Positions 28,011-36,700 of a stretch of DNA of 64,000 nt are shown here, piece after piece (the first letter of the stretch is position 1; every line of letters begins with the position of its first letter). Below the pieces are notes generated by a model that saw only the letters and a program-made list of their open reading frames with translations, was not told the origin of the DNA and did not search any database. The DNA is taken from positions 4,261-68,260 of IMG/VR virus record IMGVR_UViG_3300032287_001952; one strand, given 5' to 3'. The stretch is from a virus. The position numbers were made by a program, and so were the translations under genes.

Positions 28011-31000
28011 ATGTCTTGGCCAGTCTTGCCTTATGGCTTCCTTGGCACGCAAGGTAGCTCCGAAACCGATACATACCAAGTACCAAGAAGTCTCCGTTTT
28101 AACGGAACGAGTAAGTATCTTACTAGGACTTTTCTAACACCGACAAATAATAAAATTTTTACTTATAGTTGCTGGCTCAAACCTGCCCTTTTGTCTACGA
28201 CACCAAGATTAGGTATATTTATGGCGTCCAACGCGGGGGCATCGAGTATGTTTGGTTTAGAGTTTACAGCAACAACCCAAACCCTATCTGTGTGGGATAG
28301 CAGTATTTCCACTACAGTAGGTTCCATTGTAACATCTCAAGTATTCAGAGATCCAACCGCCTGGTATCACTTGGTTATGGCCGTAGATACAACCCAAGCA
28401 ACAGCCGCGAATCGAGTAAAGTTGTACATAAACGGGGCTCAAATTACATCGTTTTCGTCAGCTAGTTATCCAGCTTTAAACGCAAACCCGTATATGAATT
28501 CCGCTGTGCAACACTCTATTGGTTCTTGGTTCCCGTATGCGGTTGGGTATTACGATGGATATATGGCCGAACTTAATTTTGTTGACGGACAAGCCTTAAC
28601 ACCTTCTAGCTTTGGAGAAACAGAATCTGTAACTGGTCGGTGGAGACCTATCTCGTATACTGGGACATACGGAACTAACGGGTTTTACTTGCCGTTCTCC
28701 CGAAACCAAGCTCCTCAAGAGCTGGGCATTGACCAGAAAACTGGTTCATTCACTAGTGCAACTGGTGGACTACCAATCCTTAACCAAAGCCAAAGGTTTT
28801 TGACCTCTGGGGTTGCCTCAGATTCGAACGCAAGCTCTCTAGTATTGGCGTTGCCCCTAGATACAACTGCCAATTTAACAGCAGACCAATCACCAACTGG
28901 CAGAACGGCTTCAACAAAATCCGTAACAAACGCTAGCGTTACGGCAACGGCTGGTGTGTATGAGTATTATGGTACTGGTTCTGCATTGTTTAACGGAACC
29001 ACAAGTAGGCTCACCGTCCCTAACTCGGCTGATTTTCAATTTGGCACTGGGGATTTCACAATCGAGGGTTGGATTAATTCAGTTGCGTTAAAGGCTAATG
29101 GGATTTTCGCTAAGTGTTCAACCGATAGCTCTTGGACTGCGGGATGGGCTCTAGAAATTAGTAGCGGTTATATTGGTTTCTACGATGGTGTAGCTGGGGT
29201 TAGATATAATGGAGCTACGAATCTTATGGCTGTTAATACTTGGTACCATGTTGCCTGGTCTAGGCAAAGCGGTTCTTTAAAGACATTTGTAAATGGAAAC
29301 CTTGTAAGTACTAATACGATTACGTCAAATTTTAGCCCAACCGTTAGTTTTATTATTGGTAATGACATTACCACAAACACGTATGCTCTGAACGCCTATT
29401 TTCAAGATGTTAGGATCTATAAAGGTGTCGCCAAATATACGGCGGCCTTTGTTGTTCCAAATACTAACGACTTTATACCCGGCGGTTCCCCCACTTTTTC
29501 AGTAACCCCATACGCAACCAACGATAGCCTTGTCGATAGCCCAACTATCTACGGAACGGATACTGGTGTGGGTGGCGAAGTACGTGGTAACTACGCAACG
29601 CTAAACCCTATCAACCAGTTTAAGGGGACAATCCTAAATGGGAACCTAAGTACAAATGCAGGTCTTACTTCGTCTTTTGCGACAATTGGCATGTCGTCTG
29701 GGAAGTGGTACTGCGAAATGTACGTCACGGCTGTTGGTACAGAGTCATCGCTTGGTGTAACAAGGGGGCTTAACGCAACCCAATATATGGGTACTTCAGC
29801 GGATAGTTACGGTTATTATATGAGCGGTCCTTTCTATAATAATGCCACCACAACCTCTTCTGGGGCATCGTGGACTACCGGTGACACAATAGGTGCGGCA
29901 TTTAACGCCGATAGCGGAACTCTCATTTTCTACAAAAACGGAGTATTGCAAGGTACGGCTTTTACGGGACTAACCAGTGGGCCCTACTTCTTCGGGTGTA
30001 ACGGAAGAGCTAACGACGTGACTATGAACTTCGGCCAACAAACCTACAAGTACGCGGCACCTTCTGGATACAAAGCTCTTTGTTCTACAAACTTCCCAAC
30101 CCCAGCTGTCCCAAGGTCGAGTGCCGCAATGGACATTGTTACGTATACTGGCACTGGTGCTTCCTTGGCTAACAGTTCGCTTGGTTTTAGCCCAGATCTT
30201 GTTTGGATTAAAAGCCGTTCCGCGGCAGCAGATCATGCAGTTTATGATTCAGTGCGTGGAGTTACAAAAGATATGGCGGCAAACACAACCTCCGCTGAGA
30301 CAACACAAGCCCAAGGTTTAACGTCATTTGACGCAAGTGGATTCACTATTGGGACATTAGCGAAGATCAACACAGCTTCAGCTACATACGTTGCTTGGGC
30401 TTGGGATGAATCTGTTACGGCGGGCTTTGATATTGTGAGTTATGTTGGAAACGGAACAAACCGAACAATAAGCCATAATCTTGGTGTTACCCCGACATGC
30501 ATGATTGTTCGAGACAGAACCTCAGCGGCATATGATTGGGTGTACTACAACGTTGGTATGAATACTACACCACAAAATGGGTATATGGCATTGAATTCCA
30601 GCATAGCATATACCGCATTAGCCGGTATCTGGAATAACACAGCACCAACTTCATCGAATTTTTCTCTTGGTACAAACACGGCAGTTAATAATACGGGGGA
30701 TAATTACATTGCTTATCTATGGGCTGATGTTGCTGGGTTCAGCAAATTCGGTTCATTTGTAGGTAACGGAGCAGCTGACGGAGCATTCGTCTATTGCGGG
30801 TTTAGGCCAAAGTATGTTCTTTTGCACAACGCAACTACTGGGACATACTTATGGCAAGTATATGATGGGACTAGAGACACATACAACGTAGTTGGCAAAA
30901 CTTTATACCCAAACGCAACTGCTGCTGAAGGTGCTGACGCATCTTTGGACTTTTTATCTAATGGGTTTAAGTGCAGAAGTGCCTCGTATATTAATGACTC

Positions 31001-31064
31001 TGGGTCTACAATCGTGTATTCTGCGTTTGCCGAGGCTCCCTTTAAATATGCGAGGGCTAGGTAA
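28011..31064 (+). CDS. LamG/concanavalin A plus SPRY domain virion protein
   Basis: RSLRFN, FRDPTAWYH, DFTIEGW, GKWYCE, FSPDLVWIK, GFRPK and AFAEAPFK motifs. Confidence 0.85.
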   Translation: MSWPVLPYGFLGTQGSSETDTYQVPRSLRFNGTSKYLTRTFLTPTNNKIFTYSCWLKPALLSTTPRLGIFMASNAGASSMFGLEFTATTQTLSVWDSSISTTVGSIVTSQVFRDPTAWYHLVMAVDTTQATAANRVKLYINGAQITSFSSASYPALNANPYMNSAVQHSIGSWFPYAVGYYDGYMAELNFVDGQALTPSSFGETESVTGRWRPISYTGTYGTNGFYLPFSRNQAPQELGIDQKTGSFTSATGGLPILNQSQRFLTSGVASDSNASSLVLALPLDTTANLTADQSPTGRTASTKSVTNASVTATAGVYEYYGTGSALFNGTTSRLTVPNSADFQFGTGDFTIEGWINSVALKANGIFAKCSTDSSWTAGWALEISSGYIGFYDGVAGVRYNGATNLMAVNTWYHVAWSRQSGSLKTFVNGNLVSTNTITSNFSPTVSFIIGNDITTNTYALNAYFQDVRIYKGVAKYTAAFVVPNTNDFIPGGSPTFSVTPYATNDSLVDSPTIYGTDTGVGGEVRGNYATLNPINQFKGTILNGNLSTNAGLTSSFATIGMSSGKWYCEMYVTAVGTESSLGVTRGLNATQYMGTSADSYGYYMSGPFYNNATTTSSGASWTTGDTIGAAFNADSGTLIFYKNGVLQGTAFTGLTSGPYFFGCNGRANDVTMNFGQQTYKYAAPSGYKALCSTNFPTPAVPRSSAAMDIVTYTGTGASLANSSLGFSPDLVWIKSRSAAADHAVYDSVRGVTKDMAANTTSAETTQAQGLTSFDASGFTIGTLAKINTASATYVAWAWDESVTAGFDIVSYVGNGTNRTISHNLGVTPTCMIVRDRTSAAYDWVYYNVGMNTTPQNGYMALNSSIAYTALAGIWNNTAPTSSNFSLGTNTAVNNTGDNYIAYLWADVAGFSKFGSFVGNGAADGAFVYCGFRPKYVLLHNATTGTYLWQVYDGTRDTYNVVGKTLYPNATAAEGADASLDFLSNGFKCRSASYINDSGSTIVYSAFAEAPFKYARAR

Positions 31065-31065
31065 T

Positions 31066-31362
31066 ATGTGGATTCTCCCAAACAACCAAATCATCAGCGT
31101 TCCGCAAAACGTTGTTATCAACGATATCCAACACCCACAGACCATATTCTACGGCTGGTCTAAAGAGCAACTTTTAGGCATTGGAATACGGGCATACCAC
31201 CCAGGAAATGCCCCAGAAGGGTATAGAGTTACAGCCGCTAGAACAGAGGTTGTGGATGATGAGGTTTACGAGATTTTTGACCTTGAGCAAGTACAAGAAC
31301 CAGAACCAATCGAAGAGCCAACCCAAGAACTAACCGAAGAGCCTTCCACTACAACACCTTGA
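31066..31362 (+). CDS. Fibre partner protein
   Basis: Start at ATG 31066; IQHP..F..WSKEQL..IGI motif. Confidence 0.6.
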   Translation: MWILPNNQIISVPQNVVINDIQHPQTIFYGWSKEQLLGIGIRAYHPGNAPEGYRVTAARTEVVDDEVYEIFDLEQVQEPEPIEEPTQELTEEPSTTTP

Positions 31363-31396
31363 CAAAATGGATGCATCAAACAAAATAGAGCACCCT

Positions 31397-31711
31397 ATGT
31401 TAGAGGCTATTTCCAAGTATCTTGCAAGCAAAATCCCAATGTACAGAGAGGTGGACTCAAAAGCTTTAGTGGTAGACTCACTTATGAGCGGTGGTCTTTT
31501 TACCAAAGAGGACGGGGTTTTGGGGCTATCCAAGATCGAGGAAGGCTTGTGGGAAGTTTTGTTCTTTGCGGCTGAGAGCAAGGAAGCTCGTAAATCCCTA
31601 ATTCGTGAGGCCGCCAAAAAACTTGGTAAGATTTCTATTATGTTCTATAGGCCAAAACACGAAGGTCGTGAAAAGACCTATTCCTACAAGTACTGGATGA
31701 GGCTCGCTTAA
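31397..31711 (+). CDS. Hypothetical protein preceding the ejection genes
   Basis: Start uncertain (31367 or 31397); TTGACA-N16-CAAAAT favours 31397. Confidence 0.5.
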   Translation: MLEAISKYLASKIPMYREVDSKALVVDSLMSGGLFTKEDGVLGLSKIEEGLWEVLFFAAESKEARKSLIREAAKKLGKISIMFYRPKHEGREKTYSYKYWMRLA

Positions 31712-31712
31712 T

Positions 31713-32624
31713 ATGGCAAGTAAACCTAAAAAACCACAATTGGAGCAATACACGCCTCCAGACATCTCGACATCGCTTGACAAGTTCATTGCCCAAGGAG
31801 CCAAGTTCCCTGGGATGCAGGATACACTGACCCAGTCAGCCGCTGAATCGCTCAAAGCAAAAGAAGCCTTGTTCCCAGGCTACATGGGAACCCTCGGCCA
31901 AGCTTGGCAATTGGCTCAGTCTCGTAGTGAGGGGTTGGTTGACCCAGAGACAGCGAAACGTGTTTCTGAAATGGCGGCTCAATATGGGTTTGCTACTGGT
32001 ACTGGTCCGGGTTCAGAGCAGATGGGTTTACAAGGGGCGAAGCAGTATGGGCTGACCGCTGTGGGGTTACAAGATTCTGGCATGCAGATTGGTGCTGGTC
32101 TTCGCGCTGAGGGAAATGCTATGATGCCGTACCAAGCCATCAACCTTGCGTTTACTCCTCAAGCTATTCGAGCTGAAGATCTGTCAATTGGCCAAGCCAA
32201 CACTAACATTCGTAACCAGCAACAGATGGTAAACTACCGATACGACCAGCAATACGGTGGAAATCCTTGGGCTGGTATTGCTGGTGGTTTGCTTGGTGGT
32301 GGTGCTGGGTTTGCTGTTGGAAACGCAATCGCTCCAGGAGTTGGTGGCTTACTCGGTGCTGGCATGGGTTCACAACTCGGTGGTGGAATGGGTGGAGTAT
32401 TTGGTGGAGCTCAGAGCCAGCAACTTGGTGGAATGTTTGGTGGGCTTGGGCAAAGTCTTGGGACTCTTGGCGGGTTACAAATGCTCAAACAAATCGGTGG
32501 CGTCCCAACAAATAACATTGGGCTATCTCTAGGATCTTCTCTTGGATCTTCTGGTAACTACCAAGGAGCCGCAGGATTTAACGGGGAGAATTATTCTCTC
32601 TTCCCCCAATTTAAACTAAAATGA
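31713..32624 (+). CDS. Internal virion/ejection protein 1 (glycine zipper)
   Basis: Q/G/A rich with long GxxxG arrays; first of three genes of increasing size. Confidence 0.65.
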   Translation: MASKPKKPQLEQYTPPDISTSLDKFIAQGAKFPGMQDTLTQSAAESLKAKEALFPGYMGTLGQAWQLAQSRSEGLVDPETAKRVSEMAAQYGFATGTGPGSEQMGLQGAKQYGLTAVGLQDSGMQIGAGLRAEGNAMMPYQAINLAFTPQAIRAEDLSIGQANTNIRNQQQMVNYRYDQQYGGNPWAGIAGGLLGGGAGFAVGNAIAPGVGGLLGAGMGSQLGGGMGGVFGGAQSQQLGGMFGGLGQSLGTLGGLQMLKQIGGVPTNNIGLSLGSSLGSSGNYQGAAGFNGENYSLFPQFKLK

Positions 32625-33751
32625 CGCCCGCTGAATATGGATTTGCGGTAGGCCAACAGATGGCCGCCACTGGGGACAAGTACCTCATGGGCATTCGTAC
32701 TGGTCAAGCCCAGCAAGAGCTTAGCCTTCGCGAGAAGGCTTTCCAAGCCGAACAAGACTGGAACAATCGCCGATATCCGTTGATGGAAAAACAACTGGGT
32801 ATTCAAGCTGATGCCTTAAAAATCCAACAGCAGCAACAACAGACAGCTCTCGATATGCAGAATGCAAATATGAGGGCTACGGCAGAGATCTCCCCCCATC
32901 TTGCAGAACTAGATGTTATCGCTAGAGCTGGGGATGCTGGTAAACTTTCGAGTTACCAGATCCCAGATATTAAGGTTGATACTGGCAACCCTTTGATCGA
33001 TAGCTACGCCTCGACTCTCGCAAGACAAGGTGTTGCCAAGTACCAAAAACAACTCCTAGAGAGCAACCAAGTTTTCAAGACTTGGAACGATGCCGCGGAC
33101 AAGGCTCTTTCTGTTGCGAATAGGTACGACACGCCAACTCCTCTTAAGATGCAACTTATGGAGATGGCTCCTAGGTTGCGTAGTGGTGGTTTCAATGCTC
33201 TTACAGACTTCGAGAAGTACAATCTGTTGCCATACGCCGATAAGACTGCCTACGCCTATAGCCCAGAAAGGCTTGGGATGATCAAGTTGCAACAAGACAT
33301 TACTAAGAGCCAAGAGGAATCTGACACAAAACGTCTTGCGGCATTGGGCAAGATTACTGGAAACATCTTTGTCACGCCAGAAGTCCAACAAGCCACAAGT
33401 GAAGAAATCACAACGATGCTTAAATCCGGCAAGAGCAGAGCTCCATCTGGTGGGCTTATGCCAGAGCAACCAAGTGCACCAAGTGCAGCGGTTCAAGCAC
33501 CAGCTCAAAAAGATCTTAATATGTTTGCGACAAACTTTAAGCAAGGTGCAAATGCAATTCGAAGCGGAACAAGTGCTTTGGATGTTATTAGCCAATTGTC
33601 CGATAACTTGCTCAAAACTTATGGTAAACCCGTAACCGCAAAGAACAAATTAGCGGCTCAAGTCGAAGTACTTAACCTTATGCGTGCAAACGGGATTGAG
33701 CTCCCATTCACGGAAGAAGACTTATCTAGTACTAGCCAAACCGAAGAATAA
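32621..33751 (+). CDS. Internal virion/ejection protein 2
   Basis: Q/A-rich helical protein, ATGA-coupled. Confidence 0.6.
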   Translation: MTPAEYGFAVGQQMAATGDKYLMGIRTGQAQQELSLREKAFQAEQDWNNRRYPLMEKQLGIQADALKIQQQQQQTALDMQNANMRATAEISPHLAELDVIARAGDAGKLSSYQIPDIKVDTGNPLIDSYASTLARQGVAKYQKQLLESNQVFKTWNDAADKALSVANRYDTPTPLKMQLMEMAPRLRSGGFNALTDFEKYNLLPYADKTAYAYSPERLGMIKLQQDITKSQEESDTKRLAALGKITGNIFVTPEVQQATSEEITTMLKSGKSRAPSGGLMPEQPSAPSAAVQAPAQKDLNMFATNFKQGANAIRSGTSALDVISQLSDNLLKTYGKPVTAKNKLAAQVEVLNLMRANGIELPFTEEDLSSTSQTEE

Positions 33752-33768
33752 CGATACAATAGCGTCTC

Positions 33769-36700
33769 ATGGCTCAGACGATCCCAACGCCTGGTAGTGA
33801 CGCAGTAGTAGCTTCTCAACCCTTGCCTGCTGGTGAATTCCCAGGCCTTGTAGATGCTCTAGGGCTTACTGAACAGACGACAAAACTTTCCGAGGGCTTC
33901 TCTGGTTTGGGTAGCCTAAAGCTTTCCGAGCCAATGACGGATTCTGAGAAGGCTCTTGAGAATCCTTTCTTAAAACTACCTAAAGCCAATCCTAAAGATT
34001 TCATTGATACTGTTAGAAAGGATTGGGAAATCGGTCAAGAGGGCGTCAATATTGATATGGCCACTGACGATTTCGCAACGCAGGTTTTAACGTCTGGTCA
34101 GCCGGGAGACTACAGCCAGTTACAAAACAAGCGTAAGGCTTTGGCGAAATCACAGTACTTTAACCAAGCCGACAATCTGGCTAGCCGAGCTGTCCACGGA
34201 ACTGTGCAGATGTTGCCACCGATGGCTCAAGGACAATTGTCTGGTATTGAGAAGGGTGTTGAACGTGGGATGCAGATGGGACTTATTGGGTCTTCTGGGT
34301 TTATTGCTGGGCCAGAGGTTGGTGCACCGATGGTTACTGCGTTTACGGGTGTCGGAGTTGCTGGTGGTAACCTAGAGGGCTCTTTCAACTACTGGACAAA
34401 GCAAGGCCGAGGAGCGTCGTTTGCGGAGTTGGTAGACGCTGGTGTGAACCAAGTCACTGCCGCAAATATCGCTCAATTTGTTGGCCCAGTTTACGCGGCT
34501 ATTGAATATGCTCAGGTTGGAAAACTCTTGGATGTTGTAGGGGGTAAAAAACTTAAGGGTGGTTTATTGCGTGGGGCAATGCGACAACTTGCGAAGGTTG
34601 TCCCCGCTGGTGCTAAAGTTGCCGCAGAGAAAGTAGCTCAAGTTTCGGCTAGGCCACTTGTAAGGGGTGCTGTCGACGTTGCTGGTGATATATTGGTACA
34701 AGCTGGTGAAGAAGCGGCTCAAGGTGCCGTGTCTCAAGCTGGTACTGAATACGGAAAGACGCAACAACAGCTGATTGCCCAAGGTGCTCGTGATGGGGCT
34801 ATGGAAGTGCTCGCAAACCTAGACCTACCAGAAGCTTCTAAACAAGTACTGTCCCGTGGTTTTGACGAGTTTGCAAGTAGCATTGGGCCGATGGCGGTTC
34901 TTACTGGTGGTGCAAAGGGGACGAACTTCCTTCGTAAAGCCTCATGGGATGGGTTTGTATCCCTAGCGAACGGGGACATCCAGAAAGCCGCAGATCAGCG
35001 TGATGCTGTGGCTAAAGCGGGAGCTCCTCAGACTGCACAAGCTTTGGCTGAAACTGTCTTAACGGAGCCAAGTTCGGTTAAGCCGACAGCAGCGACTGTC
35101 ACACCGACAGCTCCAGTGGTTGCCCCTATCGACGAGCCAGCTCTTGACGCTGAACTCGAAGCCGCTGGTCAAGCACCAGTAGAAGTCGAACAGCCCGAAG
35201 CTCCACAGCCTACTGTGGGTCTCCCTGGTGATGAGCTTGGTGCCAGGATCTTCTCGAACATTCGTTCCCGTAAGCCGATTGCTAAAGCTGATCTTGACCA
35301 GGTTGGTGGATTCTCGTTGTCTTCCGATTGGAAGCTGAACGAAGAGACGGGTAACTTCGAATACCAAGGACCAGTTTATGAAAGAAAAGAAGCTCCGCAA
35401 GTTTCAGTCGCAAAAGCAGAAGCCGCCACAATCGAACAGCCAAAAGTCAAAGCTCCCAAAGCTCAAGCCGTCGCTCCTATCGAAGCCGTTAAGCCAGAGC
35501 CTACTCAAAAAGGTGCAGAAGCTATACCTACTTCATTAGGTGTAAAAGTTTTTCAAGCTCCAGACGGAACTTGGGGCTATCAATTTGATTTTCCAAGTTG
35601 GCGAACAACAGAAGAAGGTATCGAATCAGTAAATAAATCTTTTAATCAAAATCAAGGGATCGCCACAAAAGAAGAAGCTTTAGCTTTAGCAACTGAAGGT
35701 AGAAAAAAAGCGATGGCTGGCACAATAAAAGAAGACGAGAGAGTAGCCACAGCACTAGAAAAACGGGGTGATGTACAAAAAGATGATTTACGGAGGGCTA
35801 GAAAATATCGCAAGGCCGCTGAAGAAGGCCGTAAACTATACGAAAAAGAATACCCAGAAGGAACTGCACCGAAGGTCGAAGCTCCTAAAGTTGAAGCACC
35901 GAAGGTTGAGGCTCCTAAAAACCTAGAACAGTTTATAAATAACTTGCCAACATTTAGTCCCGCTATGAAAAGCGGAGAGAGAGATAAACAACGTTTTAGG
36001 CAAGCTTTGGGCCTGTTGAAAAGCAAAAAGACAATTACCAAAGCAGTTCTCCAAAAAGAACTTAATCTGGGCTCGAATTATGCGGATTGGTTAATGGAAC
36101 AATTAACTCTCTCTGGCGCGGTAAGCGAGCAGATATCTGGTAAAGCACCAAAGGTTGAGGCTCCTAAAGTCAAACAACCAGCTCTTCCGAGGTGGGAAGA
36201 AGTCCAGAAGAACAAGGATCAGATCAAGTTCCTCAAGTCCGTTTTCAAGAAGGCAAACGCCAAGCTTACCAAAGAACAGCAAGTAGCCCCCAAGGTTGGC
36301 TGGAAGCGGAAGGATTTCTACTCGGCTCTGGAACGGATGTATGGTCAGCTCACTCAGCTTGAGTTCAAGCAACCTGAGCAAGTTGCACCACCAGCACCGA
36401 AGGTTGGCGAAGCCCAGAAGCCAACTGCGATCAACGAGGCCGAGCAACGCAGAAAGCTCAAGCTTGCTAACCTGCTAAAGGTATTCGGAAACAAGGATCT
36501 CGATGGTGACCAAACTCTCTTCCGTGATATCGCTATGGCTCAAGCTCGAAAAGTTGCATCGCAGATTGCCACACAATTTCAAAACATAACTGACCCAGAC
36601 GGAGAGATCTACAATGGGTTGATTTCGGCTATTGCCACCCGCCTTAAAAAATCTTTTGATAACAAGACACCAGTATTCTTCAACGAAGCTGGTGAGCCGA

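Noticed and set aside
36490-36513. NKDLDGDQ resembles the RNA polymerase catalytic motif NADFDGDQ
   Set aside because: The context is helical with no double-psi beta-barrel strands around it, and GD..F fits the start of an ECF-like sigma domain better. It still deserves one structure check.
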